NCBI GenBank assembly: GCA_028826165.1
Contig: JAPDFW010000114.1
Span: 124,001 to 188,000, forward strand
From: Anaeramoeba ignava BMAN
Taxonomy: Eukaryota; Protista; Anaeramoebae
Direction: 5' to 3'
Length of the DNA: 64,000 nucleotides
A program made the position numbers and the translations under genes. The notes below the pieces were generated by a model. The model had not been told where the DNA came from. It did no database searches and saw only the letters and a program-made list of their open reading frames with translations. Position 1 is the stretch's first letter. The number at the start of each line of letters is the position of its first letter. Below, in pieces: positions 1-13,364 of the stretch.

Positions 1-1
1 C

Positions 2-436
2 ACGGAAGTATTATTGCTTGAGATATTAGACACAGCAGGACAAGAAGAGTACGCGATCATCCGCGATACACATTTACGATCTGGCGACGGGTTCATGTTA
101 GTTTTTTCTCTGACAAGCAAAGTGTCGTTCCAGGAAATTTCGCTTTTGCGAGACCAAATTATTAAATCGAAAGACTCAGAGAACCTCCCCATTTTAATAG
201 TAGGCAACAAGTCGGATTTGGCAAAAGAACGCAAAGTGGATTCAAAAGAAGCTCAAGCTCTTGCGAAAACTTACAACTGCCAATATATCGAAACGTCGGC
301 TAAAACTCGCACAAATGTTGATGAGGCTTTCTTCGCCTTGGCTAAGCTTATTCGTAAAAAGGCTGGTTATTCAACTTCAGATGTCTCAAAGGGTCCGAAA
401 CCTCCTAAGAAAAAGAAATCTTGTCAAGTCTTGTGA
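2..436 (+). CDS. Ras-family small GTPase (Ras/Rap-like), 5' end outside the window
   Basis: G3 DTAGQEEY, G4 GNKSD and G5 ETSAK are present. Polybasic tail KKKKS plus CaaX box CQVL. The frame is open from base 2. Confidence 0.95.
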   Translation, partial: TEVLLLEILDTAGQEEYAIIRDTHLRSGDGFMLVFSLTSKVSFQEISLLRDQIIKSKDSENLPILIVGNKSDLAKERKVDSKEAQALAKTYNCQYIETSAKTRTNVDEAFFALAKLIRKKAGYSTSDVSKGPKPPKKKKSCQVL

Positions 437-1077
437 TTCTTCTTCCTATCGCTTTTTCTTTCCCCTTTTATTCTTCTTTCTTCTAAAACTTGATCCGCTT
501 TTCCCTTTTGTCTTCTTGATTCTCGTTTCTTTTGTTGACATTTTTTTTTTCTTCTTTTTTTTCTCTTTTGTTTTTGATACTATTTTTCTTACTTTTTTTT
601 CTTTTTCTTAATTACTTCGTTTTTGGTTGAATTTCCATGTTTACTTTCATTCAATTGTTCTTTTTTTTTCATTCATTTTTTTTTTTGATTAATTTTTCAA
701 GAAAACAAAAGTTACTTTTACTTTTACTTTTTTATTTTTACTTTTTTTCTTTTTATTTTTATTTAGAAAGAAGAAATTCCAAACAAGTATTTCTTTTGAT
801 CAAAAAATAAAAACCAAAAAATTTAATTTAATTTTAATTTTAATTTGATTTAATTTAATTTAATTTAATTTAATTTAAAAAAGTTGATGAAATTTATTTT
901 CAATTCTTTTTTTTTTTAAAAAATTTTGATTTAATTTTTCTTTTAAAAAAATCAAATAAAAAAATAACAAAATAAACACAAAAAAAATCCAAATCTGAAT
1001 TGAATATTGAATATTAAATTGAATATTGAATATTAAATTGATTTAAATATTGAATTGAATTAGATTTGGATAAATAA

Positions 1078-4000
1078 TCAAATCCCCATTTTGGCAATCA
1101 TCATCTTCCCATTCATTAATCCAATAATCAAAAAACCATAATGCTCACTAGCAGTAATAGCCGTCAAAGGTTCATTGAACTGGAAATACTCAACCATTTT
1201 CAAATTATGAATTTTGCGAATCTCAAGCCTTCCTTGATTGCTCCCAATAAGAAAATAATGATGATCCAAAAAAAACCAACAAGTGATATTACTAACTAAA
1301 ACATCCTTCATCAACTTTGCATTCAAAGAATAAAGACTAAGACAACGATTCTTTGAACAAAAAAGAATAATATATCCTTCAGAAATAATTTTTATGCGCG
1401 AAATGGGAGCATTTTCTTTGCGGATAATAGAACGGATATAACGGCCTTTGGAAAGAGAATAGAGAATACATGTGCTGTCTTGGGATCCGGAAACAACAAG
1501 ATCAAGATCCGAATCAACATCAACAGAAGTAACAGTATCATCATGACCAATCAAGACATGTAGAGGAGTTTCTTCAAGCTCGCCAGACTTGGGATTAAAC
1601 CGCCAAACAATCACAGAGCCATCACGAGATCCAGTGACAACAAACTGGTCTGAATCATCAATTGTAACACAGGTCACAACATCCTGATGGAAACATACAG
1701 ACTGGATCAATTTGTAATTGTCTGTGTCAAAGATCTTAATTGTGTTATCCCAGAATCCAACACAAACCAGAAACTTGCCTGTTTTTGTTGTCGCAAAACA
1801 TTGATCTATATTTGTGATCATTTGATCAAAAGTGACCCCCATTCGTTGAAATTTTGGGGGATTAAATGGATCAATTATAAACGGAACTTGATTTGCAAGT
1901 GTTTGTCCGCTTCGTGAAGGAAGAAAGAACTGGAATGTGTGAAGCATTCGGTTTTCATCAAGCATCACGATCTTGTCATAAGGCATATCAGAGATCTTAC
2001 TGCATCTGAAGAATGATCATTTGCGAGTCGAAATTAGTAAGTGGATCGATTAGATGTCCGTGAAGCTCACCAGGGTTATCATGACCCACAGGCATTCTGA
2101 AGAATGACGAATAAGGGTTGTAGGTTGCGGTACGCCGCGGATGGGGTGATGTGAATAGTTGTGTTGGTGTTTGTCCAAAGTTCTCGATTTGTGCCTCAAG
2201 TGCTTTCCGTTGTTGCTCTTCCTCAATTGCATCCATGTCAACAACTCCCTCATATGTCAAGTGATAGAAAACATTAAAGGATTCAACTGCTGGTGCACCT
2301 TTCTGTTTATATCCGAAGATCAAATCAATCCAGTTGTGAAGATTGTTTGATACATAGTCACTTTCCAATGCTTTGCGATGAATTCGGATAAATTTTTCAG
2401 GTGTTTTTGCCCATTTAGGAAGTTCGCAATTAGAAATTATATTTCCGTTTTGAGTTTTCCCAAGATCAAATGCATTTGTGTTTTCCAAAAATTCAGGAAG
2501 ATAGAAAAATTCTGGGATTAATTCTTTGACGTCAAGTTGATCGTGAATTGAATTATAAAAAGTTGTTGGAATAGACGAGAAAATGCGGTCTGGATGATCA
2601 AATTTCCCGTCTTGGAATTGAAGATACATTGTTGTAAAAGGCTCCATTCGAATCAAATAGTACAAAACAATTCCCGCATTTGAGTAATGGCATCCATAAT
2701 GAAAAGGTGGTATTTCATTATCAGTTCCAATAAAAGAGTTGTATTTTTGCTTCAAAAATTTTCGTCGTGATTCAATCAGTGCGCCGACTGGAAATGATAG
2801 ATCACGGTATGTTTCTGGAGAATCAAGATCAAGTTCCGGCGATGTATAATCTTGCAATATCCATGGAAATACAGGATACTGAGATAAATCATTATAAGTT
2901 CTTCCTGAAATTGTGTTGAGTTGCATTAAGTAATCAAAATTTGTTATTTTTCCCTGTTGCCATTGTTGTGTAAGTGATGATTTGCGAATAAAATCCATTG
3001 GTGTTTTTGATGATGCATAGAGATCTTCGTCTCTGAGATTTGGCGGCTTCATACGCAGTATTTTGCTGAAAACAATGTTGCGATGTTTTCGATCAAAGTT
3101 GAAAAAATAATTTTTTCCATCCGTAAAGAAAATCTCAATTGCGGATTGTTGCAAGTGATATCTTCTTTTGTAAATTTCTCGAATTGTATCGACATTCCAT
3201 ATTTTGGTTTTTCTTAGTAGGTCATTGCTGTATTCATAATCGGGATTATTTTCCGAAATATTTTTGTTTTTTTCGTTATGATTTTGCGTGATGATTTTTT
3301 CAATTTCTTGTGAATTATTATTGTTGTTGTTATTGCTATTATTATTTTTCTTATTCTTTTTCTTATTCTTTTCTTTAAGTTGATCCTTCTTCGAAACAAA
3401 TCCAAGTGAATTAACAGAAATGCGAAATAATCCGCTTATTAATCTTAATGGCATTATCATTTCACATTTGAATTCATGCAATATTTCTTCATCCTTATTT
3501 TCTTCATCTTGTAAATTTTTTGATTCTTTATTTTTTGGATCGATATTTGCATCAACAGTTAATTTAATAATAGACAACTGTTGCTCCTCTTTTTTCGATG
3601 TATAGATATTCTTAGTCAGATCTGTCTCAGAAAGAAGTCTTTGGGCTTCTGTGTAATTTTTATGATCTCTTCGTATAGATGCATCAAGATGATTGTCGAA
3701 TTTATAATTAATTTTAAGTCTCATTCTTTTTCGTGATTTGGTTTCTGTTTTGTCAAGTTTCCAGTTTTGTTTTTTATCAGGATCACGAGTGCCCCATATG
3801 CTTCGTTCGTTGTGTAATTCGCGAACTATGAATCTCCAACGATGATTCCATTTTGTTGTTCTCATTTCTTCGTTTTCATGCTTTGTATGTATTAGTGATT
3901 CTTGTTGTTTTTTCAATTCTAAAAACCATTTGACAATATCCACTTTTTTCTGCTCTTTTTCGTTTTTTTCTGATTGAATTTTATTTCTTTTCTTGCATTT

Positions 4001-7000
4001 GAAGTGCGGTTGAATTCATATATTTTTCAAAATCAAAGAATTTTTGATCCACATCTCCTCTTGATATCACAAAGAATTGTTGAATAACAATTTTCCAATC
4101 CGAATCTAAAAAGAAATCTGAAAGATTTTTCTGTTTCATTTGCGAAAGGTTGTTTGTGATTAAATCATGATATTGTTGTGAAAATGAACCACAAATGATT
4201 TTATTGTATTCAATAAGAAGATATTGAATCAGATCAAGAATAATATCTTTTTGTACGATTTTTTCTTGTTTTAATCGTTCTTGTGGAATTATTGTTAATT
4301 GATTTTTTTGTTTTAAATTATTTGAATCTTCTTTTAAGAGTTGTTTTAAAAGTTCATTTAAATTTTTATTTGAATTTTGATTTGAATTTTGATTTGAATT
4401 TTGATTTGAATTTTGATTTGAATTTTGATTTGAGTTTTGATTTGAATTTTGATTTGAATTTTGATTTGAATTTTGAGTTTTGATTTGAATTTATATTTGA
4501 ATTTTGATTTGAATTTTGATTTGAATTTTGATTTGAATTTGAATTTTGATTTGAATTTATATTTGAATTTTGATTTGAATTTTGATTTGAATTTTGATTT
4601 GAATTTATATTCGAATTTATATTTGAATCTGAATCTAAATTTAAATCTAAATTTAAATTTTCATTTGAATATGAATCTGAATCTAAATTTAAATTGAAAG
4701 TTTCTCCAAAAATATCTTCATTATTTGTTATTATTTTAATTTCATTTTCTTCATAAATTAAATCTTGTAATAAAGATAAACGTGAAAATAGAGAAGATAT
4801 AATTCGGAAAATTAATTCAGTTCCAATTTGAAATTCTTTTAAATCTTTCCAATAATAAAGTAATTGGCATAAATAATCCATATAGATTAGAAAGTCGTTG
4901 AAATCTTCTGTTTTCTGAATCCCAAAACTTAGCAATTCAGAAACTATTTTCGCAAAAAATTGTTCTTTGATATTATCATTTGCTCTTTCTTTGGAAAAGA
5001 ATTGGTTATTTGCAAGAAACAAAATGGCAATTTTCAATAAAACAGTAGAAAAGGAAGAATTATGAAGATATTTTTCATCAACAGTATTTTGATGGCTCAA
5101 ATGCGACATACGACGAAGAGGTTTGTTTTCTTCGTCTTGAGATTTGATATCAGGAAGTGAAACTGAGCGGTTCAATTCCTTTATCATTGCGACTTTTCCT
5201 TTTATTGTACGAGATATTATTTTGTGGTCGTGAAATGGCTCTTTGAGTAAATGATCTGAAAATTGAATAAAATCATGAACCAGTGTAATAATTCTGATAA
5301 TTTTGCTTGCATTCGAAGATGGTTCAGTTTTTTTCGGAAATTGTGTATCAAAAAAACGGTATTTGGTTTGTTTGGATTGCTCATCAATTTTGAAAAGAAG
5401 ATCTGCAAAAACACGATTCAAAATGGATTTTTTGCTTTTGGGAGAAATTGTTTTTGAAGATAATAGATAGGAGGTTGTTTGATATAAGGATTTCCATCCG
5501 TGCTTTCTGATCTTGAACAAATGATAATGGAGATCCCTTAAAATTGTGATAATTGTTTCGTTGATCTGATACAACACTTTGTTATCCTGCTGTCCTCCAA
5601 CTTGAAAAGAAGAGTTTATTTTAGGACTTCTTCTTTGTAAACAAGATTCTATTGACTGAATAATTTCGCAGAGATTTCCTTGACCAGAAATATCACTTCG
5701 ACTCCACACTGACTCTTGTTCCATAACAATTTTGAATAGAGAAATAACTTGTTCATTTTCGGAAAAATTTTCCAAGTTCATATTTATAAAAAGAAGATTT
5801 CTCCAATCGTTGTCTGCGAGGAAAATATCCTTGTTTTCATCCTGATGAAGCGCAATCGAGAGCGTGTCGAAAACACTCAATTTCTCTGGAGAAGAATCGC
5901 CCATTTTGGACGCTAAAACCATAATTGTTTTGGTCACAAAAAAACGCTCAAAACGAAGTGGTGCTTGAATTGCATGCTCTATATAAAACTTTGAGCGCTT
6001 GAGAAAGAGAATGGAGAAAAGCAGGTTGAATATTTTTGTTGTTGGAGGAGATTTAATCAAGTTATTATGAGCAAAATCAAAAATGGATTTTCCTTTGACA
6101 ATATTAACAGCCTTCTTTTTTTGTGTTTTTGCAAACAATTCAATAACAAAAATAACTTCAAGACAAAGTCTTTGTATATTTGGATGCTGCGATCCAAGAA
6201 GAACTGAAGCAGTTTGGTAAATTCCAACAGAAATAATATCATGGAAAAAATTGCTTGATTGTTCCAAACTTGAAAGCATTGTTCTCCACAAAAATTTCAG
6301 AGTTTGAATTAAACATTCTGTGTCTTCTTGACTGTCGATCATATGATAACAAAAGGAAATAAGATCTTGTTTAAAATATGTGTTTGCGTGGATTAGTGAC
6401 ATTATCGCCTGCAAAATAAGCCCGCGTAACTCGAGTATTTCTTGCTTATTTTCGGGTCTTTTCCCGATTACCTTTTGGGTTGCGAGATTAGTTTTTTCCT
6501 CAATTCCTCGACAGAATTTCCCAAAAGGCGAGACCCAATAATATTCGTAAAGAAGATCAATAAGATCACCAAAACGGATCCAAGTCACAGAATACACGCT
6601 TTGACGCGGATCTGTTACAATTTTTTCTTGGATGAAAATTGCAAGCGCTCTTTGTGTTGCGAAAGGTGTGTATATCCAAATCTCGAAATTCATCACAATA
6701 TTTGAGACGAAATCACGCAAAAAAGAAATGTTTTCAATTCCATCAAAAAGTAGTTCCATTTGTTTTATAATGTCAGTAGTGAAATAGCGCGAACTAACTC
6801 TTTGGAAAAGAAGAGAAAGAGCGCCGATTCCTTCGCTATTCAAAATGTCCTGTTGATTATAACTCGAGCTGAGAAGAAGTGTTGAAATTATACTGAAAAT
6901 TTGTGACAGTAATAAATTCCCATATGATTTTTCTGAGAAATCTTGGTTTTCCATGTTAAAAACAGAATTAGGTTTTGCTAATTCAAGATTGAGTTGCGCA

Positions 7001-10000
7001 ATCAAAGGGAAGAACACACGAACACCACCAATGCAGTTGATAATATCATGTATTTTAAGGAAAGTGCTTGGAAACATACCAACTAATTTGGCTTTATTTT
7101 CAGAATCGGAAAAATTTCTTGGGCTTTGATCAAAACATTCATGTAGATGGTATCCCTTGCAGTTGTAGTTGAACAATATTTTCTGGTTCAGAGAAGACAA
7201 AGAGGAGAAATTTGTGTTTGAGCTCCGCGGAAACTCTGCTGGATCAAAGAGGCCGAGATAATTCGGACCTAGTCGGAAAATTTTTTCATTTTGTGTTTGT
7301 GAAAGATTTTCTTTGAGAAAATATATGGCGCCCATTTGACCGAAAAACAAATTGTCCTCATATAGATTTTCGTTGTTTTTGTCTGAGTGATAATTTGAAC
7401 CAATGCGGTTCTCAATAAGCTCCTCTGTGATGAGCGGCATATTGAGGATAATTTTCGAGACAAAATGATCGTCAAGATGGAGACGAAATTCGACATTGTT
7501 CTTTCGATGTTGGATTATATTGAGAGAAACAAAATAGTGCCGTTTTGAAGTGACAAGAGAATTTGCAAAGATCTCCTCGTGAGTGATATTAGGACAACGG
7601 GTTTGAATCCCGAACCACGCGCTTTCATCAGATGAAAAGGAAGTGGTTTGTGTCAGGAAAAAATCGACACCATATCCCGATTTGCTTGAGAAGCTAAAAA
7701 CGCGTGGTTGATACTTGGGTTTATTGAGTGGTGTCAGGAAACTTTCCACACGCAACCATGTCAAGAAGCTCATCTCGCGTTCGTGTGTTGGTGGAAAAGA
7801 TGAAATTACAGGAAGAATAATATGTCCAGTATGTCCATTGAAATTGAAGAAGTTTGTCGGGAAATTTGATCGTGATTCGCTCATCCGTTTCATTACAGAA
7901 ACAATCAATCCATAATAATGAGGTCTTACACTCTGCTCGCCGATTGAAAGTGGATTCAAAATTCGGAAAAAAAGTTTCAACTCCTTCACAGTTACGCTAT
8001 GCGAGCACAAAATAAGAAGCAATTTTCCAATTGAAGAAGCCACTTCTGCGCGTGTGATTGTTGGGATCAAATTGATCAGAAACGAAATCAATCCTGCAGA
8101 GCAACAGCATGATGAGTTGTGGATTGATTTTTCGGTGATCAGCGAAAATGTCTCGATCAAAATGAAAAAATTTGGATCTTCATTTCGAGCGAAAATGTGG
8201 AATATCATCACAATAACATCCGGATTCTGGATCAAGAAGTTGTTTTTTGGATCAAATTTGCCCTGATTCACAAGCATATCCATCAATAAACAATATGTAT
8301 TTTGTGTCGGTTTTTTGGATTCAATATCTGCAAGTACGTCTCCCAAAATGTGGAAACCGACCTGCTTTTTGAAGAACTGGATGTTTTCTTGAGACTCACT
8401 GAACATGGAGATCATCATTTCGAGGCATTTCTCTACTAGATATGCACCCCATAAAGGGTTTCCCAGAAGCGCAGCAAGTAGTTCAAAAATTCCTCCATCG
8501 CGAAAATATTCCTGGAGAATCTTCTTGTTCCAGATCACCACATTTCCTGCGCTTTCAAGCATTTCTGCAATTTGGCTAATTTTTTTCTCTGCCTCTTCTC
8601 CTTTCTTCGAATTTTGTTGTTGAATGATCAATATTTTCTCGAAATACATCTTGAATAATCTTGTCGGTATTTTTGTCCATGTTTTTTCCAAAACTCTCAT
8701 TAGTGATGATAATTGAAACATTGCAAACTTCTTTGTATTCGCAAAATCCAAAAGCCACAATAGAGCGCTAATCACCTTCTCATTTGTAAGTGTTGCAATT
8801 TTGTTCTCTGTATTTGATAAATAAAAATCAAGCAATTCAAACAGAATTTTCTGTTCATTTTGAAATTCAACAATTTTGTCCTCATTTTCCGTGTTTTCAT
8901 GAACTAATTTCATAATGCTTCTGATTCCATTCAGTATTGTTTTTTCTGCGGATATTTTGCTCAGACTCCGCAATGTTTGATCGTAATTATGCTTGATAAT
9001 CTCGAGAATTACTTCGCATATTTGTGATACTCTCTCCATTTTTTCTTGTTGTATTTCATGCTCCATCATTTCGATAAGAACTCCAACTTCATTTTCGTTG
9101 GAGTATCCTTTCTGCGTTGCAAAAAACCTCACACAATCAAAGAAAAATCCCTGCTTCATTTGGAACCGTTTTTGCGACTCCTTTCCCAAAAATGCTTCTT
9201 GATAAAAATCCTTTGCAAAGAATTTCCAAAACCCAAGCAATCCCAGCTTGTTTATACTTTCCAAATCAAGTGTATTTACTAAAAAATCAAGTGTATAAAT
9301 GTGCAGTTCGGGATTTACTCTTCTGGAATACTCGCGAGCTTTAGTGTTGAATTTTGTCTCGTGGAAATTTGGATCAAAAATTTTTATGCATGAAAAATAA
9401 ATAATTTCATTCAAACTTGCGTTGCTTACTTCCAAAAAATTCTTTTTTCTTTGTTCAATTGGTATTTTTAGTTTGTGTTGGTTTTCATTGCTTATTTTCG
9501 CAAGTTCTTTGAAATCCTGATATAATTGTGCAAGTAAATAATTTGGAATTTCGTTGATTTTGGGTTTTGGTTTGGGAAAACTCGAGTCATTTTGCTGAAA
9601 AAATATTGATTTGATTTTCATTTCTTCTAATTTTATTTCTTTTTTCTCGTAATTATCTTTGATATTGCTATTAAATTGTATTTCTCTGAAAGAATATGTA
9701 TGTGTTGGATCTTGGGCATTTTCAATAATAAATTCATTGTTTTTATTTCCATTATTTTTTTGTGTATTATTGTTCTCTTTGTCCACAATTTCAAAATTAT
9801 TTTCAATCCATTTTGGTTTGAAGCTGTATAAAATGCCAAGAATAAAATCGACAAGACAAAAAATCTTTTCTTCTTTGCAAACAGTCTTTTCAAATTCTGG
9901 ATAACTTGATATTAAATTCATCAGCAATGATATAACCAAAAATTGGATCTGTATTTCAATATGCTTCAATTCTTGAAATTCAAGTATTTCATTTTCGCGA

Positions 10001-11398
10001 AATATTTTATTGATATTCGCTTCTTCATTATTTTCTGTCAATCCAGAAAATCCAAAAAAATAGTATAAAGATCTTTTAAATTCATCAACCTCCTTTTTGT
10101 TCCAATTTTTGATCATTTCCCGTTTATATTTTTGCATAAAAACTTCATTAATATTTAATTCTGGTGATTTTTCATTAAATAGAATATTCATTGAAATCCC
10201 AATTATATTCTCTGAAAAATTAGCATTAACACTAAACTCCCCAATAAGAACTGTGATTAAGTTGATTAGCCTTGTTTGAATATTAAGATATATTTGATTA
10301 AAAACGTATTTCTTTCTGATTTTTTCTGTTGAAGAAAGTATTTCTATTGATTTGAAATTGATTAGAATTTATTTAAAAATTGATTTAAAAATTGATTTAA
10401 AAATAAAGTATATGCACCTAATAATACTTCCGGATAATTCAATTCTATTGCAGATAAAATATACTGCTTTAAATTACTGTCGTTTGATTGATGTATAAAT
10501 TTATATAAAATTTCCAAAACATTAACCATAAAAAATTGTAGTAAAAATAAATCAATATTTTCTATTTGCTTTTTTTCATCCTTTTTTGTTTTTAGATTTA
10601 TATTAAGAAAAATAATTTTTAGTTTAATTTGATTTGTTTTTGATTTGATTTGATTTGATTTGAAATTCTCAATTTACAATTTTTTCAATTTCATTTAATA
10701 AACTTATAATTTTTAAACTAATTTCATAAGTTAGTATCAATAACCCATTTTGAAATAAAGTAAAACGGTTAAAAGGGGATCTTAAAAGTAAAGTTGTCAT
10801 TTCAAGAGATATTGCTTCTTGACTTAAATTTTGGTAATTTCCTTTATATTTTTTATTATATTTTTTTGATATTTTTTTTTTAATTTAATTTTTAATTTAA
10901 TTTTTATTTTTTACCAGAAATAAAAAAATTGGCAGTTCGATATAAATTTTTAAGTGTTTCTATTATTAATTCTTTCGAATGAGCTAAATTTTTTTGAATT
11001 AATTCTTCCAATAAATCCCCCATTTTCTTTTTATTTGGATCAAATTCAGAAAATATTTTTGGAGAAGGTGACCATTTTTGATGAGTATCAATAAAACATT
11101 CAGCAAAAGAACAAAACCAGTTTCTATGCGCTTCCTTTTAAAAAAAATATGAATTAAATTGATGTTTTTATCAATAATTTGTTTTTTATAATTCTTTTCT
11201 TTTTTTCTAACAAACTTCATCCGTTATTTCTTCTTTTTTTTCCCATAATTCATCTAATTTCTTTCCATTTTGGATATTTTTTTCAAAATAAGTTTTTTGA
11301 TGAAGAATTTTCTTGGAAAAAATATCTTGAAAATAAGTATGAAAATCAATTATTTTTGTTTTGTTTTTCTTTTTAAAAATTTTTTTTAAAAAAGACAT
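1078..11398 (-). CDS. Large BEACH-domain protein (neurobeachin/LvsA-like): ARM-like, ConA-like, PH-BEACH, BEACH, WD40
   Basis: BEACH motifs TNFDYLMQLNTISGRTYNDLSQYPVFPWI, DVKELIPEFFY, WIDLIFGYKQKG and FGQTPTQLF. WKLDKTE..RMRLK precedes the PH domain, and WD40 repeats follow (GHDDTVTSV, VTGSRDG). ATG at 11398, then four short GT-AG introns between about 10344 and 11215. Apparent frameshifts near 4480, 3985 and 2000 join ORFs 4366-10191, 1997-3943 and 1078-1986. Confidence 0.92.
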
Positions 11399-11678
11399 GT
11401 GCAATTTAAATATAAGTTTTTATAATTATTTTTAATATAAAAAGAAACAGAGAAAAAAAAAATAAACAAAAAGAAAGAAAAAATGAAATTTTTTGAATTA
11501 AAAAAAATAAAAACATCAATTAATTATTTAAAAAAATTTTTAGTTATTTATTAGTTCGAATTAACCAAATTGTAAATAAAAAAACAAAGAAAAAAAAAAA
11601 TGGAATTAAAAAATGGAATTAAGAAAAAAAAATGGAATGAAAAATTTTTTTTTTCTTTCTTTTTCTTTTTTAGGAAAT

Positions 11679-13196
11679 TTAATGGAAATAACGACGAACT
11701 TTTACTATAAAAAAGCATTGAAAAATGATGTAAATTAAAAGAACGAATCCATAAACAAAATAAGCTATTGCTGATGAATCTTGTTTTAAAAATCTAGGAG
11801 TGAAACCTGTAAATTGTCTTTTACCAACTATTCCTGCAGTACCTGAAACTAATTTTGGATAACAATAACCATCTGTATGATCTTGGCTATTAAAATTAGA
11901 ATTCATTTATAAATTTGAAATTAATTTATAATTAAAATTAAAATTCATTTATAAATAAAATTAAAATTAGAATTCATTTATAATTAATATTATAATTAAT
12001 ATTATAATTAATATTATAATTAAAATTAAAATTAAAATTATAATTAAAATTATAATTAGAATTATAATTAATATTATAATAGAATTAAATTAATATTATA
12101 ATTAAAATTATAATTAGAATTAGAATTAAAATTAGAATTAAATTAGAATTAAAATTATAATAATTAATATTAAAATTATAATTAAAATTATAATTAAAAT
12201 TAGAATTAAAATTATAATTAAAATTTAATTAATAATTATTATAATTAATATTATAATTAATATTATAATAATTAATATAATTAATATAATTAGAATTAGA
12301 ATTAATATTATAATTAAAATTATAATTAGAATTAATATTAAATTAAAATTAAAATTAGTATTAAAATTAAAAATTAGAATTAGAATTAAATTAATATTAT
12401 AATTAATATTATAATTAATATTATAATTAATATTATAATTAATTAATAATATTATAATTAATATTATAATTAATATTATAATTAATATTATAATTAATAT
12501 TATAATTAATATTATAATTAATATTATAATTAATATTATAATTAATATTATAATTAATATTATAATTAATATTATAATTAATATTATAATTAATATTATA
12601 ATTAATATTATAATTAAAATTATTATAATTAATATTATAATTAAAATTAAAATTAAATTATAATTAATATTATAATTAATATTATAATTAATATTATAAT
12701 TAATATTATAATTAATATTATAATTAATATTATAATTAATATTATAATTAATATTATAATTAATATTATAATTAATATTAAAATTAGAATTAAAATTCAT
12801 TTATAAATTTAATATTAAAATTAATATGGAATTGATAACTTACTTCAAACCTTCTTGAGTTTTATAATTACAAGCTTCACATTTAAAATTAATACATTGA
12901 CCAACCCAATATCTACCTTCATAAGCATGACAATAAGCACAAGCAGCAGTACCATCACTACAATTATTAGATTGACAAAATTCACCAAGAACATTATCAC
13001 TTGAATAAGTTCTGCATTCATGCTTATTTGTATCACAATAGGCGGCTATTGTGCAATCATTGGTTGTATTACATTCAACACATTTCCCATTTATACATCG
13101 CGGATTGTCTTTTGAACAATCTTTATCTTTTGAACAACAATCTGAATAAAATAAAACAAGAACAATAACAAGAAAAAAAGGGAAATATTTTTTCAT
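11679..13196 (-). CDS. Small Cys-rich type I membrane/surface protein, 2 exons (13196-12844, 11886-11679)
   Basis: Signal peptide MKKYFPFFLVIVLVLFYS. Cys-rich ectodomain CSKDKDC..NPRCINGKCVEC..NDC. C-terminal TM helix IAYFVYGFVLLIYIIFQCFFIV followed by KVRRYFH. A GTAAGT...AATAG intron joins the exons in phase. Confidence 0.8.
11887..12843 (-). repeat. 957-nt intron filled with a 12-mer (ATTAATATTATA)n and AAAATT-type satellite
   Basis: Near-perfect tandem array on the + strand at about 12390-12780. It is bounded by in-phase GT and AG on the - strand. Confidence 0.9.
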
Positions 13197-13364
13197 TCAA
13201 AATTAAATTTCCAAAAATAAAAGAATAAGAATAAGAATAAGGAAAAGAAAAAGAAAAAGAAAAAGAAAAAATAAAAATTCAAAATTTCAAAAATATTTTT
13301 TATTTTTTGATTTTTTTTTTTTCATTTTTTTTCTCTTCTTTTTATTCTTCTTTTTTTAGTTTTT

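Noticed and set aside
3975-4490. Euplotes-like programmed frameshifting at AAA-TAA in the BEACH gene (stops at 4366 and ~3981)
   Set aside because: The frame changes trace to a deletion in the NQNS repeat (~4480) and a short A-run (~3990). AAA-TAA is simply the usual out-of-frame stop in this AT-rich code. Assembly indels are more parsimonious.
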